A stretch of 64,000 nucleotides of DNA, from the NCBI GenBank assembly GCA_030141605.1, contig JAQGDQ010000188.1, positions 186,001-250,000 of the forward strand. The letters run 5' to 3'. The notes beneath the pieces were generated by a model, which had not been told where the DNA came from, searched no databases, and was given only the letters and a program-made list of their open reading frames with translations. Within the stretch, counting starts at the first letter, position 1; the number at the start of each line of letters is the position of its first letter. This DNA is from Tubiluchus corallicola. Its lineage: Eukaryota; Animalia; Priapulida. The position numbers and the translations under genes are program-made. Below, in pieces: positions 52,301-64,000 of this stretch.

Positions 52301-53090
52301 AATAAACGTGTACACAAATCAATATTTAGTAATTGAATAAAGATCATAAAATTCAATATTCCATATTGAAAAATGTACTACTAGTGGCAAAGCTTAGTTA
52401 GCTGCCTTGTGGATATTATTGCATTGTGTTGGAAATTAAGTAACCCATGTTGTTTAAGATGTTTGTTGTTATCTGCTTAATTTAAATAAATGTGCGTTGT
52501 ACAAGATCCCTAAAAAACTTCTGTCGTGTTTTGCCTAGAACTTGCACTTATAACATTCATCTATATTGTCAGTGGGAGCCAAACATGGAAGAGAATTAAT
52601 GATAATATTGTGCTGTTGCTGATTGCTGCATAAACAAGTTTTTTATCGTTGTTCCTGATTTTTTAAAAGCATAAGCATGCAGTGTAATGTATCAATGTGT
52701 ATGCTTCTCATTATCAAGGATATGCATCTCTATTATACTCTCTAATATGAGCCACTGAACTGGAAGAGGTGTCTTGGCCATGTTTGAATGTATATACTTT
52801 TAATCGATATATTCCCTTTGGAAGAGCTATAGATCACACACTGCGATTTTTGCTCACGATGACTTGCGAGTTGAAAATTGTTTGAAACTTTTAATGTTAT
52901 TGCAGCAGCTTGACAGATTACTGGCACTCTGATTTTTGTAGGCATAGCTATTTTAACAAGATTCAAATTTAAATTTTCCTTTGTTTGAATTGCTGGCTAA
53001 GTTAACCCAACCACTCTGTTGCATATTTTATATGTTGTCTTTACATTTAACGGAATTAAGGAAGCTCACCCTTTGTCTCTCACACTCCAC

Positions 53091-53112
53091 TCTCTCTCTC
53101 TCTCTCTCTCTC

Positions 53113-53152
<40 letters not shown>

Positions 53153-53170
53153 CCCGCTCTCTCTCTCTCT
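53091..53170. repeat. (CT)n microsatellite
   Basis: ~80 bp of interrupted tc repeats. Confidence 0.95.
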
Positions 53171-53951
53171 AACTGAATACTTTTGTTGCTTTCTGCCTCT
53201 TTTCCTGAATTTGACACGTTTTTGTAATGATACCTCAGTGTATTCACCGGACAACATGAATTTTGCTCTTTCTAATACCTGAAAGAGCGAGTGCAATATT
53301 CTTAGGCCCAATTTAGAATATAGATAGTGAAATTATAAACTTAGTTTAACATACGAAGCTTGATGATATCAAACCTTCTTGAATTCATCAAACAAAAACT
53401 GTCAAAATCAGACCCAATAGCGCATTGCGTCTCGTGTCGCAACCGTTTGTTTATTTTCACATCGGTTATGAACGTCAAAAGGCAACTACAAAGGAAACAT
53501 TACAAAACACATATAGAAAATGAAAACAGTCTAGACTCTAGATGTTAAAATTTATCCTGTTTTGTCTTAACTGTAAAGTTGAAATTATTGCTTGCTTCAC
53601 AGTATAATGTTAATTTTCTAATTTTTTTACCCACTTTCATTTTTCTCTCGTTTGAGGCAGATTGAAAGTTGGATTAAGTGTACGAGCAACTTGGTACTGT
53701 TAAAGTGCAACTGTTATAACTAACATATCTTGCAATGTATTTAACCTATTGGGGAAAATAATAAAATATCTCTAATTCAATCTGATTGATTTTTATAGCT
53801 ATTGCCGCATGAATGCTGGCTGATTGGCACCCCTTGCTGAATACTTGCTACAAGAGTAAGTTTGATTCCGTGTAAATAGGCGGTGGTTTTTAGAGTGACA
53901 GTTTTCGTTTATCAGTTTTAGCTTGACAGTTTAAAAATTGATCGTGTAAAT

Positions 53952-54745
53952 CAGGGGTTCTCAACCAGGGGGGAATTCCCCCTTGGGGGGGGAATGAGCC
54001 ACCTCCAGGGGGGGAACGAATGGGTGGAAACATAAAAATAAAAAATATGTAGAAAAGCAGAGAAAAAAGTACAGAAAGCCTTCATAGCCAACGCAACACA
54101 CCCTCCCGCTCATCAAGTCATCAGTAGGGGTGAGCATCGAACGTTCGAGTTCGAACGTTCGAATCGAATTCGAACGCTCGAATTCGATTCGAACGAGTTT
54201 TTTTAGTTCGCACTCGATTCGAATCCAAAACTATAGATTCGAATAATTCAGCACTTCAATCACACATGTTCTTTATCACTAAAATGATTGAAACACCATG
54301 CAATTAGCATAATTTAGCTGTGATTTCTTCACATTATTTTAAAGAAATTACTAGTCGTTTTATTGCAGAACAAAATCTAGTGATATGCATGATCTTTGTA
54401 AGACTCATTTTTGCTGGTGGTTCGAAAACTTGTTCGAAAATCTTTCGATCTCAATTCGAATTCGCTTCGAATTCGAAACACTGAAGTTCGGTTCGATTCG
54501 AATTCGCTTTCTGGTAGAGAATGCTCACTCCTAGTCATCAGTCACAACCCCCGACATCAAGAAAATCGTGTCTTCTCAACCGGAGCAAGAGTCACATTGA
54601 ATGTGGTGACCACAGATTGTATTATTATTTATGAATAAAAAAAATGTTGAAATTAAAAAAAATGAATTAAAAAAATGCATTTTTCATTTTGTTTGTGGGC
54701 TACGGGGAACGAGAATCAGCAGTCTTCAAAAGGATGGAACCACTG
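53952..54745. mobile_element. hAT (Charlie-like) MITE hosting a nested insertion
   Basis: Ends caggggttctcaacc / ggatggaaccactg; 8-bp flanks gtgtaaat / gggtaaat. Confidence 0.78.
54125..54533 (+). mobile_element. Intact TTCGAA-rich hAT MITE nested in 53952-54745
   Basis: TIRs taggggtgagcat / atgctcactccta; perfect 8-bp TSD gtcatcag at 54117-54124 and 54534-54541. Confidence 0.93.
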
Positions 54746-54877
54746 GGGTAAATGGAGCATTGGGCTGCTACAATCCTGCAGAGAGTGCAGCTCATGCCCG
54801 ATCAAGTTTCTGCTTTCCATTCTTCAGGCACTGTGGAATTGTGGGCCGTACGGAATAAATGAAATAATTCTGGTGCG

Positions 54878-54950
54878 CCAATTTTTTTGCGAATTCGTTA
54901 AAAGGCTATCACGTGATCGGACTTAGTGTCCAATCACAAACCGTAACGTG
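54878..54950 (+). promoter_or_regulatory. DNAJB11 proximal promoter: two CCAAT boxes, ATCACGTGAT palindrome, ERSE-like CCAAT-N9-TAACG
   Basis: ccaat at 54878 and 54930; atcacgtgat at 54908-54917; taacgtg at 54944-54950; all directly upstream of the ATG. Confidence 0.55.
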
Positions 54951-54965
54951 CAATGGAACAACACG

Positions 54966-57900
54966 ATGGCGTCCCCGGTATCTCAGTGTTGCTTTTACTT
55001 TACGTTTTCCCTTTTGTTGATTCAAGTTTTCGCGGGGTGAGTGAAATTGCTTTTATTTGATTGTACGTAAAAATAAATAGCTAAATTTATGTACTAGTAC
55101 TTTGTTTACTTTTCTAATTTGGTGTTTAAATTTCAGTGGGGAGTGTTAAAATTGTACTACACTAACACATTGATTGAGCAAACACATGAATAGGCTTCAT
55201 GCTGCATCGAGTAGTTAAAGTATATTAGCATCATGCTATATAAAAATCGGAGTTTACAGTCTTTGGTTTCTGGTGAATCCAATCTAAATTTCGTTCTTCA
55301 ATAGTATTAACGTACATTTGGTTGCAGCCTTTAACTGATTAATTGTAACTGTTCCCATGGCCTTTTGAGGTAATCAGTTCCACAGAGGTAGCTTTACTTA
55401 CTAACTTAGTGATTTTGAAAGCTTGTATTAAATCTTCACTCATCCTTCTGGTTAATAGTAATTAATAGTGTATGTAGACTTAGACAGTTAAGACGCTGAC
55501 AATAAGGAACATTCTTCAAACCCATCAACCATTTTCGTAGCCCTTCTTTGGAAGCACTCGATCAAGCATATATATATATATATATATATGTATTTAACAA
55601 AGTGTGGATTCCAGCTAGGACTAGTGTTTTAAACTATTAAACGGACTTTTCATTTATATAGTGTGATACGTATTCTTGCATTTTTAGTATAAATGTCCTG
55701 TTTATCGGGCCTAATACTATGTTTGCCTTTTCAACTTTCATGCAGATGTGCTTTCCATGTTTTGTGCCAGATGATGTAATAACACCTAAGTCAGTCTCAC
55801 CCTGAGTTTAATTGAGTGAAGTGTTGTAGAACAACATCCTGGCATTGATTTGAAAACCCCATATGCATTAATTTACTACTGCTTTCATTGAATAACATTT
55901 GCTGTTCTAAAGCACTTTTATGTACATGTTTTCATCTTTGCTTTTGTTTCATTCAGTTCTTAGTTATTAATTTGTTTATTTTGCATCTTTTATTGTCTAA
56001 TTTATTACTTTCATTAAGACAGAATAAGAACAGATAAAGGAAAGTTAGGAAATACTAACATAGAATACTTAGAACTAAGTGGCAAAGACTTGGATGGGGA
56101 ACTGTTCTTATGAATGTAGTTGATGACTTAAACAGATCATTAGCAGTTTACCAAATTATAACAAAGAGTTCAAAGTGCTGACGTACATTGTACAATGCCC
56201 ACAGCATGATAGTATACAAAACAATTATAAGTGCTCATATTTTTGATCAGCAAAAGACATTGTTCTTTTTTGTTTGTGTTGATTTTTCTTTTTTTCGTGT
56301 AATTGAAAAGGATGCTTTGAAAGCATAAGTGTTCGTTTATAACTGTTGCTTTTTTGGAGTTAAGGGGCACTGTTATGGTAAGGATTGTTTGTCTTAATTC
56401 ATTGTTTAATATGATGTGAGAGGGATATTGTTTCGCAAAATGCGCTTGTCACACTTTTCTGCAGATAGAACTGTTCTTGATAAGTTGGTATCTGTATCAC
56501 GTCAGTAACATTGCAAAACTAAAAAGGCACCCAAATTTTTATTTCAGTCGAGACTTTTATAAAATTCTTGGTGTACCTAGAAGTTCCACAACTAACCAAA
56601 TTAAAAAGGCATACAGACGACTAGCAAAGGAACTGCATCCTGATAAGAATCCAGATGATCCTTTAGCAAATGAACAATTTCAAGATCTTGGGGCTGCATA
56701 CGAGGTATGTACTATATAGTGCACTTTAAAGTACAAATCCGTAAATATTAACAAAATTTTTTAAATAAAATGAAACTAAGACGAGAAAAATGGCATTGAG
56801 TGAGTATTTGAAGCAATTGCCTTTTGTGTACCAAGTTTGTGACATGGGCCAGCCAAGTCCTCAGAAATGTTGTAGTCAAGTTTTTCATTTCAAGTCCACG
56901 CAAATGGTTTTTATCTAACAAACCGAGCTCTATGTGTTCTTACTAACAAAAACCACTTTGAGTGAAGACCCACTCAATTAGTAGCACATTGGCAAGTAAA
57001 AAGCCTTGCTATTAAATAAGCTGTATGTGATATTTTCAATTTTCTGATGCACTGTCGAGCATACGTTTAATGTCGTATTTTCAACTGATTGTGGATAAAA
57101 ATGCAATCAGTGAACCTAGAGACTTTTAGAATTCCACTTTAGGCATAATGTACAAATATGGCTTCAGACAATGAACACTTATTCAATGTGGAATTGAAAT
57201 GCTTTCGTAAGTAAGGAGGTTGTAATAACTTCGTTGTACTATGCGTAATTATTACTTGCTTTGCTGTTCATGCAGTTCGAGTCATTAGTCAAGTCGGTAC
57301 TTTGTTATTTCGGTGGTTTTAATTGATATAATGCAAACATTTGGTGAAAAATATAAAATCCTGTCGACTTTTAGGTCGTCCTATTTATCAAGACCAAATG
57401 TATCACAATTTTTCTGTGTGCCACGCTTAATTCGTTGCTTCCCAATGTATAAATCTTACTGACTTTCGAGGTCAAATATGTCGTAATAAAACTTCACCAC
57501 TGGTCTTTTTCATGTGGCAAATTTGACTACCTTGATTTCAGTAGCCTTGGGCACATGTTGTAGGAGACATTTTGATACAACACCATACTTACATTCAAAA
57601 ACTATTAACTAAAGATGAGGTGTGTCATAATGTTCTTTAGTGTGCTGCCGCAGTTTTGAAGGTATAATGCAAAACATCTGTAGTAACTAAATATTCTCTT
57701 CATTTGCTGGTACATACTATCAGCCATGTTTGATAGACTTAGACATTGAGTATTGCGAAACTTTTACATTTGTGGTCAAAAGCCACAAATAGATCTTCAC
57801 TGTATTTTATAAGAATGGTAGGTGATAATGGGCCTAGCTGTTATGACTAATCTTGAGTTAGACGAAAACAATGTTCTACTTTTAGCAGCGCTTTTGTTAA

Positions 57901-60900
57901 GTACCGTATTTTCCCGTGTATAAGAGACCCTTTTTTGCTCAGAATTTTCACTTTAAAAATAGGGGGTCTCTTATACATGGGAGTAAGTCTTTTCAATAAG
58001 ATGCATAAATTGTGACACTAATGATTTTAAAGAAATAAGTGCTCTACAACTGTTTTATTTCGAATAATTATAGTTTCCTTTCAATAAATCTTCTCCATGG
58101 CTAAATTCTAATGATAAAATTAATGTACCGGGTAAGTTATTATTTTTTTAAATGTCTCTTTGGTATTGGAGAGAAATCGATTGTTCTGCAGCCAATCAAC
58201 GCATCTGCATAAGCTCTCTGCATGCCCGTCGACGTCATTGATACGTCGGCAGAGGTCAACGAGATGAGTCAGCCTAAGCAAGGCGTGTCGCGTTCGACTA
58301 TGAAGCGGTTGTAAGCAATACAAGCATTTGATGAGAGTGATGAGGAATTTAATGATTTCTATGATGAATAAAGTTATTCATTACCAAAAAACTTTTTTCC
58401 AGAATTTTTGCCTAAAAATTGAAGAGGTCTCTTATACACAAGGGTCTCTTATACATGGGAAAATACGGTAATTCTTTATTTTATCTGCAGGTTTTGTCTG
58501 ATGAAGAAAAAAGAAAAATTTACGATAGGCATGGTGAGGAGGGTTTGAAAGATGGAATAGGCCACCATGATCCATTTTCAAGGTATGCATTTAAGGTGCT
58601 ACACGTGACCGCTTACTTTTTTCTCTCATTGTGAAAAGACGGCAATTCTATTTTTCTTAGAATGTATTTGTAGTATAATGGAGAAAAGCAGCTAGCTCAA
58701 TTGTTTAGGCCAGTCAGATTAAGAATTCTAATTAGTTTGCAAGATGGTTTGCCCATGTTACTGCTGTAAATTTCTCTAGGGATTGTTGCTCCTGCGGAAG
58801 TGCTTAGCGAATAAATGGAGATAGTTGAGTAGCTGCTGCAGTTTAAAATATGGCCAATGACTACATAAAAAATACAGATCTGAGTTTTTCTACTTCATCT
58901 TACTTTTTTATTTGCTTTCAGTTTCTTTGGGGATTTCTTTTTTCATGGTGGCGGAGGGCCAGAAGAACGGGATATTCCTCGTGGAGCTACTATTATAATG
59001 AATCTAGATGTAACACTTGAAGAATTATATAAAGGAGATTTTATTGAGGTAATTTATTATATTTTTGTGCACCATTCATTATTTATTTTTTAATGCCTCC
59101 ATATTATTCTAGTAGTAGCAATGGCAAAATAAAGGTGTTGGTAATCAAATTTAAAAAAAATAAAAAAAATGTTTAAAAAAAACATGCCATAAAGTTTTTG
59201 TGGCTCGTCTGCTTGCAGCCAATTTGCAGAAATTGATAGATTACAACCAAAATCACAAAATTCAGTATGAAGGACAAGAAAATTCTTTACTTACTTTAGT
59301 TAACCAAATTTGTCCTGAAATTCTCTACCACACATACTGTCTCATTGTATTAACAGCAATGCTACCACACATACACTCACAGAGCTTGTATTAACAGCAA
59401 CGTTGTAAAAACTTGAAAATTTAAACTCCCGTCATGACCATCGGTGCAGCTATCTTAACGGTACATTGTTTGAAACAAGTTGCATGAAGTTCAACAAATA
59501 ATCAGAGCATTCTAAGCATAAACTTCATTTACTAAGCAAAAATTTAAATTAATTTTTGTTTGTAAGATTAATAATATGTTTTTTGGTCAGTCAGTGATGC
59601 ATACTGGGAAGATGAGCCAGCAAAATTTTACCAATTGGCTCAAACATTTTAAATTTCTAAGAATTTTCTTTTCTAGTCACTTAAATCATTCAAATAGTAA
59701 AACGTAATGCAATGTAATATAACTTGTAGGGAAAGTTCTTTGGGACATACTTTAAAATTCGCTTCTCTTCCTCTCAACTGTACATCGTGTTGTCCGTTAG
59801 TTTTTTTGTTTGTCTTTTTTATATGTGTAGCTTTTAACATATTCTATGATGATTTGTTAGAGATAATCTCTATGTATTGCCTGCTTAGTTAATTAGTTTA
59901 CCAATAACTTATGTTCTTCACAGGTAGCAAGGCATAAACCCGTCTTTCGAACATCAAAAGGAACACGTCGTTGTAACTGCAGACAAGAAATGCAGACTAT
60001 TCAGTTAGGGCCTGGACGCTTTCAAATGTCACAGCGAGAAGTATGTGACGAATGTCCAGCTGTCAGGTATACATATCTTAACTAATTTATAATTTTTATT
60101 TTAAAATTTATTATTTTTTTAACCAAACTGTACAAAAAGAAATGTGAAATAGTTGAGACTGAGTTTAAAGTTCAACCAGGTATGTTACAGTTACGAGCCT
60201 AATGCTGTGACTACTAGACTATTTTGCTCTAGAGAGTATGCAGGTGTTACTCGGCCTAGAATAATTTTTATCTGCCGATTATTTCAAGTGTAAATTAATT
60301 ACATTTAATTACTTACCCTAATTAGTAGTAATTATTCTGGCACGAATGAAACCTGCCAAAATCATTGGAGCCCTGTATAGTCTAGTCATAGAGTTTGGTC
60401 CTTTGTTCAAGTCCAGCTCAGTTTTGACTTTTTTGGACGGTTTGGTTTCAAAAATTCAATAGATGTAGTTTATTCTATCATTGCTTCTTTATTAAGCACT
60501 GTTCCTGTACTCTAATTTTCTGTTCTTAACAGTGTTTCATCGTTTGAATGTCTGTTTTTGAACCAGTATAATAATAGCATGAAGTGGCATCTAGTACAGT
60601 AGTTGCCGCTTAATAGACTCAAGGTTAATTCCCCAAAGTACTCTCGGCAGAATATTGAAAAAATGATCTGAAATTGAGCAGTCAGTAAGCCAAAATGAGA
60701 ATCTAGCATCTAAGAGGCGACGCACAGGAAAAGACTGTGAAGTAGAGTCAGCGTGTAATGTGTGGTTTACAAACGCAAGAGAAAAAGATGCTCGAGTGAA
60801 CGCTTTAATGCGACAGAAAGCAGAAGATTTGGCAAAGAAAATGCTCAAGCAAGCCATGCACTAAATGTTTTACGAGAATACCTGCATCACACAGCAACAG

Positions 60901-63304
60901 ATTTTCAATGTTTTTATAATTACGGGAACTTTATGAGCCAACTTCTTCGCGAGAAAATGAAGCATCCAACTTTGAAGGAATTTTTGTAATTTTTGCAAAT
61001 AAACAGACTTGTGTGATTTAGAAAAGTGTACTTTTTAAATTTATTGTTAACTCACTTATATAAATTAATATTTTAAAATATTTTTTTCTAATTTTTAACT
61101 GCACAAAGGAATTTAGGCATTACTTTGTTTCTAAAATTGATTAAAAGCCTTTGTAGTGCATAGTAAACTGATGACTCACACTTCTATAGCCGTAATACTA
61201 TACCCATCGGTTAATAGGTTCAATCAGTTAATTGGGTCAAGACACATTGGTCCCAAAGTAAGTCTATTAAGTGGTCACTACTGTAATACATTTATAGTTT
61301 CAATTTCAGTGTCAGCAACATGATAAAGCTTTAGTGACTAAAGTATTCAGACACAAAGACTTTTTTTTTAAATGTAGTGAAGAGCCTTTCTGGCCTTTTT
61401 TGATTTGTTGTTATTCTTAAGGTTATTACAAAAAGGAATGTTGCACAACTTTTGTGTTTCCTAGCCACTGCACTGCAGATATTTCTTTTTAGAGTTTTGC
61501 AAAATGACACATTGCTCGCAAATTGATAAAACTAACTAGGAAGCAAAGCTCACTTATTCTTGGTCTTTGACATTTTAATCTGTGATTTAGGTTAGTGGCT
61601 GAGGAGAAACTTCTGGAAATAGAAATTGAGCCCGGAATGTCACCCGGGCAAGAAATCACTTTCATAGGAGAAGGAGAACCACATATAGATGGAGAACCGG
61701 GTGATTTGGTCTTCAAGATTAAACAACAAATGTGAGTCATCATGCTGTGCCTTGATATAACCAGTTTAGCTTTCTTTCTGCATCTCAAATTTTTTTTATT
61801 AGGAAATTGCTGCTCAGGAACTTTTAAAAACTTTGGGAAGATGTAATCAGATTATTGGCTTTTTGTTTTTTTGTTCCTCAAAAAAATATTGGAATTTTTC
61901 CATGTATGCTACATATAAAATTTTATTCATACCTGTCCAGTGTACGATTTTGATGATGTTTTCCTTATAGAAGTGCTTAATGTGTGGTGAATGCTTTTTC
62001 TCCATTTTATATTTTAGTCACAAGACGTTTGAACGCAAGGGCGATGATCTCTACACTAATGTTACATTATCTTTACAACAAGCGCTAATCGGGTTTGAAA
62101 TGAAAATAGCACATCTAGATGGCCATGAGGTAATTTTTATATGGTGTTTTTTAATGTTGTGTATTGATACTTGTAGTTAGTTATTTTTTATTACCTTTTT
62201 GCGGTAGACTGTGAGGTAAAATTTGTGATGCAATAGTGGTAGAATAATGGCAGTCCATCAAAAAATGACCTGATGTGTAGCATTACTACCATATTGTAGA
62301 AGACTAATATAAAATGGTATTCAAGCTGGCTTGCGCACTTTGGAGAGGGGGAAAATTCCCTACAAGATATGTAGGTTGCTTTTCAATGCATCTGCAGGTT
62401 TCATTTCCATTTTAATCTTTGAGAGAATGCAGATTTTGAGTAGGTTTTGCAAGTGTAATGTATATTAATGTTCTATACATTACAGGTTTACATATCAAGA
62501 GAAAAAGTTACATGGCCTGGTGCTCGAATTCGGAAGAAAGATGAAGGAATGCCTAATTACGAAAATAATAACATTAAAGGAACACTTTATATTACATTTG
62601 ATGTAGAGTTTCCCAAAGGCGAACTTAGTGAATCTGATAAAGAAAGTAAGTTTTTCAACATTAATTTTATTTTTGCAATTTTTTATTTTCAAAAGGTCCA
62701 GCGACTCATGATTGATGCAGCAGGCATGACTGCAGTTAAATGCTCATGCATGTCTTGGGTTGGAATGCTGGAAAATATCCATTTTGGCAATTGCAAACTA
62801 GTAGCCAGACTGAGTGGCTGGGGTTACTTACAATGTTAATAGTTGCAGTGCATGATGAGAACCTTGTCTACAGAATTTTATAAATAAAATACTGAACCCG
62901 GAGCAGTGCTTTATCCACGTTTGGTGATATGTACCCAAGGGAGGTAAAGTACAAGGCAAAGTCACCAGAAGGATGATTAAGGTCACCCTTCATTTACTAA
63001 TCATGCTCAGGCTTGCATGATTTGATCACTAAGCACACACTGTAATCACTTGTTGTTCATCTAGCGCTTTCGTATTATATGACATACAGATGCAAGTGTA
63101 AGAGATTTTTCAGTTTCAGTATCAATTCTAAAATGATCCCTCGGTAGTTTCTGTAGCTTTCATTGTCCATGTAAATCCTAAACTGTCCTAATCAAATTGC
63201 ATTCACTGACTAATCAGCTTATTGTTAATTTCTTTTCAGCTGTCAAAAGTTTATTAAAGCAAACAAGTGAGCCCAAGTCATATAATGGACTACAAGGTTA
63301 CTGA
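54966..63304 (+). CDS. DNAJB11: ER luminal J-domain co-chaperone DNAJB11/ERdj3, ~355 aa, 9 exons
   Basis: Exons 54966-55036 (signal peptide), 56548-56704 (RDFYKILGV...HPDKN), 58491-58582, 58922-59048, 59924-60066 (CNCRQEM...GPGRFQM...CDECP), 61591-61731, 62018-62129, 62486-62645, 63240-63304 (YNGLQGY*). All join in frame. Confidence 0.98.
55330..55905 (-). mobile_element. CR1-clade LINE 3' remnant in DNAJB11 intron 1
   Basis: Minus-strand fragments [31 protein letters not shown] and [13 protein letters not shown] match CR1 ORF2 C-terminal motifs. Interrupted by (AT)n near 55570. Confidence 0.8.
56860..57800 (-). mobile_element. Highly decayed hAT transposase-like remnant
   Basis: Frameshifted [17 protein letters not shown] near 56920-56980 resembles the hAT dimerisation domain. 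Boundaries uncertain. Confidence 0.35.
57904..58468. mobile_element. pogo/Tigger-like MITE
   Basis: 27-bp TIRs ccgtattttcccgtgtataagagaccc / gggtctcttatacatgggaaaatacgg, TA on both flanks, internal gtctcttataca repeats. Confidence 0.92.
60597..61283 (+). mobile_element. Internally deleted Tigger/pogo transposon
   Basis: TIRs cagtagttgccgcttaatagact / agtctattaagtggtcactactg with TA flanks. Remnant CENP-B-type [46 protein letters not shown]. Confidence 0.88.
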
Positions 63305-63973
63305 CGAAATAGTCTTTAGGATGTTTTGTTACATAAATGGGTGTTTTTATACAATTCATTCATGCTTCGTCTCTCTTTACTTTTGTCAGCTGTTGAACTA
63401 GAATTGTCATGCACAGAATAATTACACCCAGTTTATTGATTCTGTTACATGTATGAAATTATATGTAAAAAGTTTGTTTATTGTCCATATTGCCAAAAAA
63501 GTATTGGCTCATCAAAAACAAACTGATAAATGTTATTGTTTGTTACAGTTTTATTAGATGTTTGCGGTTGCATGTTAAGTACTGTGTGTGTAACTTTCTC
63601 GTCTTTTGCTACTCGTTGACAATGATCGTTTTGTACAAATTATAAGTGAATGGCATCTGTGACCGAGGGTCTATTGTTATGAACAGACGTATGCACTAGA
63701 AAATTTATATTCTGTGATACTTAATGCAATTGTAAATGCAGTTTCGTACATGAGATATGTATTCTGCTGTCATTTGTACAGAATTTGCTCATTATTTTTC
63801 TTCTCAAATTACTCAGTAGTGAAAATAGTACATGGAAATAATGTGCTGAATGACATAAAAATGTAGACAGATTTCTATTTTAGGATGTATGGTCAAATTG
63901 TCATACCTTGTGCACACTATTAACTCTGTTGCTGCATTTAAGCATTTTGAAAATGTTTTGGCTGACCAAGTAA

Positions 63974-63979
63974 AATAAA
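63974..63979 (+). terminator. Candidate polyadenylation signal of DNAJB11
   Basis: AATAAA ~670 nt after the stop codon. Confidence 0.5.
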
Positions 63980-64000
63980 CTCATTAGTGTGATTACCGGA

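Noticed and set aside
52981-53311. ORFs with SLSL/ERER repeats
   Set aside because: Translations of the (CT)n microsatellite.

Overview
AT-rich, intron-containing animal (invertebrate-like) genomic DNA, so the ORF track mostly shows exon fragments. I reconstructed four genes by hand from splice sites and protein homology. (1) A complete sodium-leak channel NALCN gene (- strand, 30512->5762, 36 coding exons per transcript, ~1721 aa). (2) An activator-class E2F with a single coding exon (- strand, 37268->36078). (3) Purine nucleoside phosphorylase (+ strand, ~41443-49362), head-to-head with E2F. (4) DNAJB11/ERdj3 (+ strand, 54966-63304). The standout feature is two clusters of duplicated pore exons in NALCN. 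There are three alternative Domain II P-loop/S6 exons (all with filter E but otherwise strongly diverged) and two alternative Domain III P-loop exons (SLEGW vs SFKGW, giving EEEE vs EEKE filters). This predicts up to six pore architectures from one gene, with Rbfox-type TGCATG motifs clustered around the two vertebrate-like exons. The window also has a ~2.1 kb near-perfect palindrome, many non-autonomous DNA transposons (hAT, Tigger/pogo, a Ginger-like element), LINE remnants and tandem repeats.
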